From NCBI GenBank assembly GCA_033442325.1, contig JAWQFM010000018.1, positions 1,220,530 to 1,284,529 on the forward strand: a stretch of DNA of 64,000 nucleotides, in the 5' to 3' direction. The DNA comes from Salpingoeca rosetta (taxonomy: Eukaryota; Protista; Choanoflagellata). A model generated the notes under the pieces. That model did not search any database. It was not told the DNA's origin and was given only the letters and a program-made list of their open reading frames with translations. A program made the translations under genes and the position numbers. Each line of letters begins with the position of its first letter. Positions within the stretch are counted from its first letter, which is position 1. Below are positions 38,960 to 61,661 of the stretch, piece after piece.

Positions 38960-40498
38960 ATGGTAAGCGCTGCTGGTCGATTCCCATCCCCCCTCCCCAG
39001 GAGCGGATGATCAGTTCATGAACTGTTCCCCCGTTCGCCCTGACAACACCACCTATCCCTTTTCCATGTGCCATCACCACCACCACCCCTGTTTTTCGCT
39101 TCCACTAACTCCTGACACCCCCATGCTCTCGTGTCACTGCGGCTCTGCTGTGCTGCATGTGCTGCATGTGCAGTCGTCACACAAGACCAAGTCTGGGCCG
39201 TCGCTGGACCTGTATGTGGCCGGGCGGTACCAGCTCAAGCGCAAGATTGGCCACGGCTCCTTTGGCGACATCTACCACGGTGTCAGCGCCGCCAGCGGCA
39301 AGGTATGCACGCGTGTGTGTGTGTGTGTTTGAGCGTGAAAATTATTCTGTGTGTGTGTGTGCATTTGTTTGTGACATTCTCGTGTGTGTGTGTGTGTGCA
39401 CGCTCGTGAAATGATTTCACACCTCTAACCCACTTCCCATGCAACCACCGCGGCTGCTCGCTGCACTGCAGAATGTTGCTGTGAAGGTTGAGTCGCTCAA
39501 GACGCGGTACCCGCAGCTGTACTACGAGGCGAAACTGTACAAGATTCTCGCAGGCGGCGTCGGCATCCCGCTCATGAAGTGCGTAGCCACTGGCTCATTG
39601 CTCATGCGGTCGTGGTGGTGGTCATGCGTGCGTGTTTGTGCGTGGTCATGCGCGTGTGTTTGTGCGTGTGTGTGTGGTTGTCGATGAACATTTGGTGGTA
39701 TGTTGGCGTGTGTTGTGTGGCCTTCATGGACGCTGGCTGACCTTGAATGTCTTGGCATGTCTGCGTGCGTGCGTGCGTGATTGATTGATTGGTGGTAGGT
39801 GGCACGGACAAGAAGGCGACTTTTACGTGATGGTGATGGAATTGCTGGGCCCAAGGTACGTCCATGCGCACCGAGTGTGCTCCACTTGCTGACACGCCAA
39901 TGTCATGTGTGAGCTGCACGTGTGTCAACATGTATATGACTGGATTGTGATGGTGATGTGTTTGCGCGTGCATGTCTCGTCGTTCCCCTTCGTTCGTTTG
40001 TTCGTTCGTGCCTTGCTATCTCCTCATCATGATGCCCTCCTGTTGTGTATCTTCAGCCTTGAGGACTGCTTTTCCTTCTGCGACCGCAAGTTTTCGCTGC
40101 GAACTGTTCTTCTCCTCGCCGATCAGGTGAGCTGCTCCTGCCACCATGCTGCCCTGGGCATGTTCGCAGCTGCCATTGAAGTTCCAACACGCACAGTTGT
40201 ACAAACACACACACACACACACACTTGCACACACACACACTTGCGTACACATTTGCACACAGTTGAACGCACACGCGCACACGCACATTTATTTACACGT
40301 GCCTGCTTATGCACGCAACTTCTCACACGTGCTTCCTTCTTCTCCTGCCCACTCAACACCACGTGCTCAGATGCTTGACCGGTTGGCGTTTTTGCACTCG
40401 AAGCACTTTATCCACCGCGACATCAAACCAGACAACTTTCTGCTGGGCTCCGGGTCAAAGGGCAACATGGTGAGTGCCAACACGCACACACACATGCA

Positions 40499-40564
<66 letters not shown>

Positions 40565-41971
40565 AGGGCACACACTGATGACACACACTGAGGACACACC
40601 TGCACTGCTTGACTTGCGCCCACAGCAACCTCACTTCTTGACTCACTTATTTCTTCCCTCCGTCCCTCACATTCGCACTCGCGCACGCAGGTGTACATCA
40701 TTGACTTTGGGCTTGCCAAGCGGTTCCGGGACCCGAAGACGTTTGAACACATCCGCATGCGCACGGACAAGCACCTGACGGGCACGGCGCGGTACGCGAG
40801 CATCAACGCCCACGCCGGCATTGAGCAGTCGCGACGTGACGACATTGAGTCGCTCGGATACGTCCTCATGTACTTTCTCCGCGGGTACGTGCCGAAGACT
40901 GCAGAGTGGTGATTGGTGACTGGTGGCTGTGATCCTTGGTAGTGGTGTGTTGTGGGACGGTTGTGGTGGTGTGATGGCCTTGGTAGTGGTGTTTGTGATG
41001 GTTGCTTGTGGGCGCTGTACGCTTCCCTGTCAATCAGCGTGTTTCCATGCATCCCTGCAATAAGTGTTAAGGGCATTCCAACCCCCCCCCCCCCTTTTTT
41101 TCTCATATCTGCCTCCCGTTTGTTTTGCTGCCATTCGTTTGCAGGTCGCTGCCGTGGCAAGGGCTGAAGGCTGCGAACAAGAAGCAGAAGTACGAGAAGA
41201 TTATGGAGAAGAAGAAGACGACGCCGCTTGAGGAGCTGTGTGCGCGCCATCCGCCGGAGCTCCGCGTCTTCCTCGAGTACGCGCGACAGCTTGAGTTTGA
41301 CGAGGGCCCAGACTACAACTACCTCAAGAAGCTCCTCATGTCAGTCGTCAAAAGCCCCCCGCACGCACGCGTGGTTTTTGATTTGCTTTGTTTGTTTGTT
41401 TGTTTGTTTGTTTTGTTTGTTTGTGTGCGTGTGCGTGTGCGTGTGCGTGTGCGTGTGCGTGCGTCTTGAACTTGCCACACGTGCGCTCCCCCCCTCCTCT
41501 CAACCCGCTGCCCCGTGCCTCACCGTCAACACCGCCATCATCATCCTCTTGCTGTTTTCTGTGTGTGTGTAGCGGCGTGTACAACCGGGAGAAGTTTGAG
41601 AAGACCATCTGCTTCGACTGGACCAAGCGGGCACGCAGCATGAAGCAAAGGTGTGATCCTACCCCCACATGCGCTTGCGAAGACAGACGTGCGCGTTTCT
41701 CTGTCGCCGTCTGTTTTCTCTCTCTCTCTCTCTCTCTCCACACACACGCGCACACTCCCTGTCTCTCCGGTCCCTCCTTCCCTCTCGCTCTGTCTCCCCC
41801 TCTCTTTGCACTGTTCTTACTCTATCTGTCTGTCTCGTTTTCAAAGCAAACGCGTTACCCTTCGTGACTCTGCACAGCTTTTGCTTTCTCACACGAGCCA
41901 ACTTGCATGCGTACAACCCCTTCCTCTCAATCTACAGCAAATCGAAGAAGAAGGACAAGGAAAGCCACTAA
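38960..41971 (+). CDS. Casein kinase I (short-tailed, CK1alpha-like), multi-exon with ATG-only first coding exon
   Basis: [95 protein letters not shown]; ends KKDKESH*. Confidence 0.95.
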
Positions 41972-42788
41972 GGAGTTGCTTGTGCAGCGTTCGTCACCGA
42001 ACGGTGTGCAATGCGTGCACGCGTGCGTGCGGGTTTTCACGCATTGCGTTTGCGCATGCACGTTCGCATGTGGGCGCATTCATTCCCCTTGCCTCCTTCC
42101 ATCCCTATTCCGTTGCTGTAGCTGCTGTTGCTTCTTCAATCCCCTCCAACCCTTTTTTGATCTTCTGCAATCGTCGTTGGCTTTCCTCCTCTTCCTCTTC
42201 CTCTTCCTCCTTCATCTCCACCATCATCGTCTTGGTCGTTGCATACGCTTGTTCTTGGCTGCTGAGCTCCTCATCTGTCTTCTCTGCTTTGCGGGTTCCT
42301 TTTCTCATGTGACCGATGTAATTCGATGTGCATAACAGTTGTGTGTGTGTGTGTGTGTTGTGTCAAGTGATGTCCCGTTGGCCCCCTCGCTTATCCTGCT
42401 TCTCCGTGCCGTGCGCTGCGTGGCTGTGCGCCTCAGCGTTGCATGTGCATATACATGAGAACGTTTGTTTGTTTGTTTGTTGTGTGTCGTGATGGCTTGT
42501 GTTCATGTTTGTTTGGCTCTACCTCCCCCCCTTTGCTTGTCTTGTCTCTTGCCTCCTTTCTCTCGTCCTTTGCCCTTCCTCTCTCCCCCTCTCCTTGTAC
42601 CTTTTGCTGTCGCCTTGTCTGTGTGCCCTGTATCTTGATGCCTGCCTGCCTGCCTCTGTCTGTGTCCGTCCGTGTTTTGTTTGTGTGCTGCCTTTGCTCG
42701 TTGCCGCGTGTTTCCCTCCTGCTATTTAATATCGGCTGGTGCACAACACAATCAACGAACAAACAACAAAACCCAGTCAAGCTACTCG

Positions 42789-42861
<73 letters not shown>

Positions 42862-43085
42862 CGAGTGTGTGTGCGAGTGTGTGTGCGAGTGTGTGTGTGT
42901 GTGTGCAGGCGGCACACCACCACCTCAATTTGTGGTGTCGTTGGCTGTTCCGCCACGTCTGCAGAAAAAAAAATGTGTGGGAAGGAAATTTTTTTTTTTT
43001 TCGCGACAGTGGACCGAGCGGATATCAACAACACGACCAACGAAGCAACAACAGCAACAACTCGCACAGCACACCAACAGCAGTC

Positions 43086-43700
43086 ATGGCGAAGAACGGC
43101 AACGGCAAGCGCAAGGGGTCGGACATCGATCTCGACAAGATCATTGCGGCAAAGAAGCAGCAGCAGACCCCTCTGTCCTTCTATGTCACCGCTGGGCTCC
43201 TCAACGCAATTGTCCCCGTTTGTAAGTGCACTTTGTTTGGTTGCTTGTGACTCGCCGTGCTGGGCTTGTGGTGGGAGGGTGGGGGCGGCCAATGTTTGGT
43301 GTCGTGTTTGGGATACAACTGAAGCGAGAGCCGTGGGCATGAGAGAAGTGGTCGAGGAGGAGGAGGAGGAGGAGGCAGCAATGTTGGAAAGCAAAGTGGA
43401 GAGGCGAAGAACGTGCAGTGCTGTATCAACACATTTGTGTTGCTGGTCACTCACCTCTCATATCTTCTTCACGTGCCGTGTGTTTGTTTGCAGTTCTGTT
43501 TGCCACGGTGTTGATGCTTGATGTCATCTCCAACGCCATCGTTGTCGTCATCGGCATTGCCGTGACGGTTGCCAGCCTCCAGTACGCATACCAGAACGTT
43601 TCTCGGAAGCTCATGGACAAGTGCGTCTTGATTGTTTGCATGTGTGTGTGTGCTTGTGTGCGTTTGCGTTTGTGGCAAGGTCTTGTGTGCTTGTGTGTGC

Positions 43701-43746
<46 letters not shown>

Positions 43747-44165
43747 CATTGCCCGTGTGCGTTTCGTTGAAGTGTCTTCGACCGCCTTGTGCTCATATCT
43801 TGAGTATGATCAACCCCCCTCGTTGTAGGATCGCGCTGAAGCGCCGCGAAGCTGCACACAAGCTTGTGCTTCAGGAGCGCAAGCAGGGCAAGGGCCAGGG
43901 CCTTGATGTCGATTCCATGTGAGTGGGTGCTCTCTTGCGCTGTCCTGCGGTCAACCAAAAGCGCACATGCACGCACACAACGACGGAGACAGACAGACAC
44001 ACATACATACAGACACAGACACGTTACCACAACGGCGCTCTTTTGATGTCATCTCATCCTTGACCTGCCCAACTCTGCGTGTGCACTTCCCATCAGGCGC
44101 GTGCAGAAGGAGGGCCACATTGCACGGTACGAGGCGCGCTACCTCGCCCTCGCTTTCATCAACGC

Positions 44166-44167
<2 letters not shown>
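43086..44167 (+). CDS. SSR3: Translocon-associated protein gamma subunit (3'-partial; last exon not found)
   Basis: Four exons give NAIVPVFLFATVLMLDVISNAIV...YAYQNVSRKLMDKIALKRREAA...EGHIARYEARYLALAFINA, matching the TRAP-gamma pattern (AYKNV, KREDAV, VADYEA). Confidence 0.8.
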
Positions 44168-44203
<36 letters not shown>

Positions 44204-44405
44204 ACAACATTGTGGCATGGTGCTTACTGCATTCATGTTTGTGCAATGCGCAGTTGTTTCATCCCGCGTGTTTGGCCCTCTCTGTACTCACACCCTACCT
44301 GCCGTGTTTGTGTTGGCTCATTCTGCACATTCAACGCAAACAACTCATGTTACTCACACGTACAACACGCACACGCACACACACACACACTCACACACAC
44401 ACACA

Positions 44406-44464
<59 letters not shown>

Positions 44465-44519
44465 GTACAGGCACAGACACAGACACATATTCACAGACAC
44501 AGACATGCTCTCTGCGTAC

Positions 44520-44881
44520 CATCGGCGACAGTCTCTCCGGCGGCGGTGGCGTGTGCAAGATCGACATCTGTGCGGAGGAGGAGGTGCGCAGTGGCCTCTT
44601 TGCAATCGGGCTGACACATTGGACGAGGGACGTCATGAGGCGTACAGGTGTTGGTGAATGGGCGATGCAAGGGGAGGGTGTGGCTTGTGTGGTGTCGGTG
44701 TGGGCAGTGTGTGGTGTCGGCGTGTGGTGTCGGTGTGTGGTGTCGGCGTGTGGTGTCGGCGTGTGGTGTCGGTGTGTGGGTGATGTGTGGGTGATGCGAA
44801 ACTGCTCCGCGAAATGCGCCCCATGCACGGAAGCGGGGAAGGCCCACAGAGATACGGATGTGCATGCAACAACTGAACACG

Positions 44882-44930
<49 letters not shown>

Positions 44931-45274
44931 CTACACACATTCACAGAGAGAGCACGCACCCTGGAAGCGGCTAGGAGCAGGGGTGTAAGACCTCCATTTG
45001 TTGTGGCATTGACATCTGCGCCCGCCCGCAGCAGCAGCTCCATGGCCTCAAGCTGGTTCCATCGCGTTGCGCAGTGCAGCGGCTGCCACCCCTCGTTTGT
45101 CTTGATGTCCACCTTGGCTCCTCTGTTGAGTAGAGCACGGCGTGTATTGCAGTGTCAGGACATGGTTGGTTGGTCATGTCAAGGCCGGTGGGTGTGACAA
45201 GACGGCAAGCGAACACAAGGATAAGCACCGATGGTTATGCACGCAGGTACACACAGAGAGACGGACGGAGAGAC

Positions 45275-45336
<62 letters not shown>

Positions 45337-45567
45337 ACACACAGACACACACACACACACGCACCGTGAGAGGAGCAGCTTGATGGTTCTGACGCGGCCG
45401 TTGTAGGATGCGCGGTGCAAGGGCGTGTATCCGTCCTCATCCTGATGTGCCAACAAGCGCTGCACCTCCACTTCGTCACCAACACCGTCCAACAGATCCC
45501 CCAAGTGACGATACTCGCCGCGCTGCGCCATCTTCAGCACCCGCTCTTCCGCCGACATGTCCTCCAT
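44520..45567 (-). CDS. Ankyrin-repeat protein, ANKRD49-like (3'-partial)
   Basis: DEDGYTPLHRASYNG, TNEGWQPLHCATRWN, GADVNATTNGGLTPLL; the third exon ends GETVAD at a GT donor with no recognisable terminal exon. Confidence 0.8.
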
Positions 45568-46106
45568 CCTGCTTGATGCTGCGTTGTGTGTCTGTGCGTG
45601 GTCTGCGTGTCTCTGTGTGTGTCGACAACAACAACAACAACAACCTTGTCCCTCGCCCCTCGTCCCGCACCAGCACCACTCCAGCGTCCACCACTGCTAC
45701 CACGACGAAGCAACCAAGCAACCAAGCAAGAAGCAACACCACCAAGCCACTCAGTGAGAGCAGTCCTGCCTCTGCGTCTGCCCTCTCCTTCTGCTCGCTG
45801 TTTGCGCTTCCGCTTCGCAACGAATTTCCCGTTGTCCAGCCAGCCAATACGCACCACCCCCCAGCAGCACACCACAGCAGAACCAAACAAAAGAAGGGCT
45901 TAGTCGCAGGCGCAATCGCAGGCGGGTGTGAGGGTCGCGAACAGCTCACGCTGACGTCTGCCGTTGCGACTGTTGGAGGGCAGGCGCACTGAGGCAGGTA
46001 GTAACGAGCACGAACATAACATCAGCGAGCAGCAGCCTCCTTGCTTGCTCCGCAGCCTTAGGTTTGATTGGCCGTGTGCAGCGCACAAACGTTCGTTGGT
46101 TGCATT

Positions 46107-46217
<111 letters not shown>

Positions 46218-46235
46218 GGCTCGTGACTGCCAGCC

Positions 46236-57099
<10,864 letters not shown>

Positions 57100-57131
57100 G
57101 TTCGTGTGTGTGTGTGTGTCTGTGTGTGTGT

Positions 57132-57204
<73 letters not shown>

Positions 57205-57690
57205 TGTGAGTGACAAACACGCACACCCACTCGCTCAGTCGCTCACACACACTACACACACGCACACACAAACACACACACACACACTCACACACTCGCT
57301 CATCCAATCACGTTCGTTCACACACCACAACAGAGCATGGTTCAATTCATCTGTCCTGCGATTGCACACTGGAAAGCAAAAGAAAGCAGTCGTGCAGGCC
57401 TCCTCAAAGCCAAAGTAATAAAACCACACGCAAACACACTTACTCACTCACTCACTTACTCACTCACTCACTCACTCACTCACTCACTCACTCACTCACT
57501 CACTCACTCACTCACTCATACATACATACATACACACAAACACACAAACACACACGCACCCACTCTCTCACTCACTCGCTCACCCACCCACCCACCCACC
57601 CACTCACTCACTCACTCACTCACTCACTCACTCATACATACACACACACACACGCACACACACGCACACACACACACACACACACGGGAG

Positions 57691-60249
57691 CTAGCAGATG
57701 GCGCAAAACGCGGGGCAGCGGTTCAACACCGTGCCTGTATCAACGCAGATGCAGGCTGTGGTCAGGGAGCACGTCACGCCAGCGCCTGGCTGAAACGGAT
57801 TACCCTGCGCGTACACTTCCAGAGTGGACTCACCATCCACGCCAATCATGCTCAGCGTTGACAGGGCGTTGTTCTCAAGCCGCAGGGTGCCCGTGATGCG
57901 CGGAGGGAAGGCGCCAAAGACAACAGACGTGAGCTGGTTGTCCTGCAGGTAGACGTCGACAACGCGGTTGAGGCTGGAGAGGGAGAAGCGAGACAGCAGG
58001 TTGTTGTTGGCTTGGATCGCTTTAAGGCTCGTCAGGGCACCCAGGCTGATGCTGGTGATGCTATTGTAATGCACACTGAGCGCATCCCCAATCTCTCGTA
58101 GCCCCTTGAGGTCGAGCGCGGCAATGTTGTTGTTAGAGAGGTCGACGCTGCCGCCAACGAATGTCAGGCGGTCGAACACAACACTGGTGATGACGTTGAA
58201 TGCGGCCTCAATGCTGCCGCCCACACGCTCCAGCAAAGGCAGCGCCAGACGCGTGAGGGCATTGTTGGCCAACACAACAACACCACCCACCATCGTCACC
58301 TGATCAAACGCAACCTGCTGCAGCTGCGCGCCCTTCAACAGGATGCTGCCAGCAACACGCCGCAAGGGGCCAAACTTGACCTGCACCAGCGACGTGTATG
58401 ACATGTCCACGCTGCCAGCAACCGATGTCACCTGGCCAAAGTTGACAGAGCTCAGGGCAGCCCGCTCTTGGCTGCTGCCTTGGAGATGGAGGTTGTTGCC
58501 AATGGTGGCGAGGGACCCTAGGTCCACCGACGCCAATACAGGGTTGAAGCGCATGGTGACGCTGCCTCCCACCTGCTTCGTGCCGGCAAAGGCAACGTCC
58601 GCCAATGCAAAGTTGTCGCTGACGACCACATTGCCCATAATAAGCAAAGCCGTGATGTCGAGGCTGGGCAGGTTCGTCCCGCCCACCGTGAGCGTGCCCT
58701 CAATCTCCGACAGCGCGTGCCCAAGATGGAGGCCGTTGGAGACGCTGCTGAAGAAGATTGTCACGTCGCCGTTGACGTGCCTAAGCAGCGGTAGGGACAG
58801 GGTTTCCAGGTTGGGGTTGTCCTTGATCTCCATCGCCCCGCCAATGTGTGTCAGCTTCAGAGCCGCGATGGTGTGCAGGAGTGGGCTCTGGTTGATGAGC
58901 AGGCTGCCACCAACGCGCGTGGTGTTGCCAATGTCGATGCGCGTGCACAGTGGCTGGTACGTCACTTGCAGGCTCCCGCCTACCATGGTGATGCTGTTCA
59001 GGTCAAGCACGTCCAGCTGCATGTTCTGCGAAACGACAATGGCGCCAGCGACACCAAGGCCGATACCAGGTGTCGTCGTCACCGTCATCACCCCGGAGTT
59101 GCTGAGCACGACGCTGCCACCAATGCTGGTGATGGCGCCAAAGGTGACGGCCGCCAGCTGCATGGTGGAGCTCAGCACCAGGCTGCCACCAATCTCCGTG
59201 AGCGGGCCCAGATCAAGGTTGGTCAGTGGCGTGCCAGCCACGCTCAGGGTCCCGCCAATGTGCGTCAGGTTGTCGAAGGTCAGCGTGTGCATGGCGGAGC
59301 CGGACAACACCACGCTGCCTGCGACGTGGGTGATGGAACCAAACTGGACACTCTGCACTGTTGGTGATGCCCTCACGTCACCATTGACCCGGCGCAGCCC
59401 GAGAACCTCGTCACAGCAGCAGTCCACAATGCCAGTCACTTCGTCCAGCTTTGCTGCCACGACCGCTGCGCGCGAGCTTGCGTCTGAGCAGTTCAGCAGC
59501 AGTGCAGGTGGTGGTGTGCTCGTGGTTGTGGTGGTGGTGGTGGTGGTGGTGGTCGTGGTTGTGGTTGGGGTTGTGGTGGTGGTGGTGGTCGTGGTTGTGG
59601 TTGTGGTCGTGGTTGTGGTGGTCGTGGTGGTCGTGGTTGTGGTGGTGGTGGTGAACACTGCTCGTGACGCTGTGGTTGTGCTCGTTCCCACCTCTCCGCC
59701 ACTGCCGGCACCGCTGCTACCGCCATTGTTGTTGTTTGAGGAGCTTGAAGCGCCTTGGTTCCCTGCGGGCGATGTCAGCACAAGAGGCACCGCCACCGCG
59801 GCGGCGAGCAGGAGCAGCAAGGCAATTGCCGCGAGCACGAGCTTGGTGCAACGTGATGAGCAGCAATCGGTTGATCTCGAGACCTTAACCGCCGTGTAGC
59901 TCTGCTGCGTGTCTGCAAACGGTGAAACAGGTGGCACAGCGTACACGCCAGGCCGTTGCACCATGCCACTGCTGCTGCTGCTGCTGGGTGTCGTGGACGT
60001 AGTAGGCTGCGTGCTCTCGTACAATGGATTGGTGACATGGTGCGTGTCATCGTACCCTGGTGCATGGTATCTGGGCGGGCCGGCGGTGTAGAGTGGGTTG
60101 GCATAGTGGAAGTTGATGGCTGCCCGCTGCTGCTGGTGGGTCGCGCTTGCACTGCTTGTGTCGACTTGCGACGACCCTCCGAGCAGCGTGCCGCCATCAA
60201 GCGTCACGTATTGGTCGTCGCCACCCTGTTGTTTGCTCCAGCTCACCAT
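57691..60249 (-). CDS. Intronless type II membrane protein: Tyr/NPxY-rich cytoplasmic tail, TM, Thr-rich stalk, receptor-L-domain/ECM33-like repeats and LRRs
   Basis: 852-aa ORF from MVSWSK: NPLY x2, TM LVLAAIALLLLLAAAVAVPLVL, poly-Thr stalk, about 20 repeats like LxxLTxIGGSLxLSxN, C-terminal LxLxxNxL repeats and a Cys cap. Confidence 0.85.
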   Translation of the reverse strand: MVSWSKQQGGDDQYVTLDGGTLLGGSSQVDTSSASATHQQQRAAINFHYANPLYTAGPPRYHAPGYDDTHHVTNPLYESTQPTTSTTPSSSSSSGMVQRPGVYAVPPVSPFADTQQSYTAVKVSRSTDCCSSRCTKLVLAAIALLLLLAAAVAVPLVLTSPAGNQGASSSSNNNNGGSSGAGSGGEVGTSTTTASRAVFTTTTTTTTTTTTTTTTTTTTTTTTTTTTPTTTTTTTTTTTTTTTSTPPPALLLNCSDASSRAAVVAAKLDEVTGIVDCCCDEVLGLRRVNGDVRASPTVQSVQFGSITHVAGSVVLSGSAMHTLTFDNLTHIGGTLSVAGTPLTNLDLGPLTEIGGSLVLSSTMQLAAVTFGAITSIGGSVVLSNSGVMTVTTTPGIGLGVAGAIVVSQNMQLDVLDLNSITMVGGSLQVTYQPLCTRIDIGNTTRVGGSLLINQSPLLHTIAALKLTHIGGAMEIKDNPNLETLSLPLLRHVNGDVTIFFSSVSNGLHLGHALSEIEGTLTVGGTNLPSLDITALLIMGNVVVSDNFALADVAFAGTKQVGGSVTMRFNPVLASVDLGSLATIGNNLHLQGSSQERAALSSVNFGQVTSVAGSVDMSYTSLVQVKFGPLRRVAGSILLKGAQLQQVAFDQVTMVGGVVVLANNALTRLALPLLERVGGSIEAAFNVITSVVFDRLTFVGGSVDLSNNNIAALDLKGLREIGDALSVHYNSITSISLGALTSLKAIQANNNLLSRFSLSSLNRVVDVYLQDNQLTSVVFGAFPPRITGTLRLENNALSTLSMIGVDGESTLEVYAQGNPFQPGAGVTCSLTTACICVDTGTVLNRCPAFCAIC

Positions 60250-60538
60250 CTTGCGTGCGTTTGTCGCGCGTGCGATGTGTATCAATCATGTGCGATTATG
60301 ACACGGCCACATGCAACAAGACAGCATTTTCGGCGGGGGGGGGGGCTGTTGTGTGGAGCCATGGTGCTTGTTGGTATGATGGTTGTTGATACGACGGTGC
60401 CGGACAACACAAAGGTGAGGGTACAAGTTCACTCACGCACACGTAAATGCAGATGCACATGCAGATGATGCACACACAGACGTCCACACGCAGACGCACG
60501 AACAAGCACACAGACAGACACATACACGCCGACACGAT

Positions 60539-60708
60539 TCAGGGTGGGTTTGGTGGCTTCTTGATGAACTTTGCGATGAAGAAGCCTATGGTGTCACACG
60601 TGCTTGATGGTGTGAACCGCTGCACGCGCTGCCTCGCTTCCTCAGACAGGCCCTCATATTGCACCCCGGCCTCTCCGATGTACGGCACCTGCATCACACA
60701 CGAACACG

Positions 60709-60769
<61 letters not shown>

Positions 60770-60770
60770 T

Positions 60771-60817
<47 letters not shown>

Positions 60818-61067
60818 NNNNNNNNNNNNNNNNNNNNNNNNNNNNNNNNNNNNNNNNNNNNNNNNNNNNNNNNNNNNNNNNNNNNNNNNNNNNNNNNNNN
60901 NNNNNNNNNNNNNNNNNGTGGGTGTGTGTGTGTGTACGTGTGTGTGTGGGGTGTGTGTGTGTGTGTGCACGGGTGTAAGAAAAAAAAAAAACTTTTTGGC
61001 AAGGTGATCACACGCCGAGACCCCCCCCCCTCTGCTCTCAGCAGACAGACAGACAGACAGACAGACA

Positions 61068-61115
<48 letters not shown>

Positions 61116-61583
61116 AACAAACAAACATATACATGTACAAGCACAAGCACAAACTGCACACCTGCTGCGCAATCTCAATGTCATGCGGAAACTCTGCCAG
61201 AGCCCAGGCCACCACGCCCTCGTTCTCCCTGGCAGCGATGGCGCACGCACACAAGCATGAGCAAGGCGGGTGAGCCCACACACGCAGTTGTTGTGGAACG
61301 AACAGGTCGCCTCCGTGACCATGATAAACGACACACACACACACAACACAAACACAACAGAACGCGCACGTGTACACGGTGCGTACTCTGGGTTGAAGGA
61401 GCACGTTGAGTAGACGAGGGTACCCCCCGGTTTGAGAAGACTGCCACGTAACGCCAGCAAGCAGCAGCAGGTGAGAAGATGGCGCGAGAAAGAAGGAGGA
61501 TGTGCGTGTGTGTTTGTTTGTGTGTACGTGTGTGTGTGTGTGTGATGCGAACAACTCACACGGCGCGTGTGTCACCTGGACTC

Positions 61584-61618
<35 letters not shown>

Positions 61619-61622
61619 CTAA

Positions 61623-61661
<39 letters not shown>

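Noticed and set aside
41336-41375. Possible non-canonical GC donor in the CK1 gene
   Set aside because: A canonical AT|GTCAGT donor splices in frame to the next exon (LLIGVYNR).
45820-45975. RFX/X-box upstream of the putatively ciliary LRRC9-like gene
   Set aside because: Only imperfect half-sites (GTTGTCC, GTTGCGA); no convincing palindromic X-box.
58343-59899. 518-aa plus-strand ORF (likewise 55247-56632 on the minus strand)
   Set aside because: Antisense shadows of GC-rich coding sequence, with no independent motifs.
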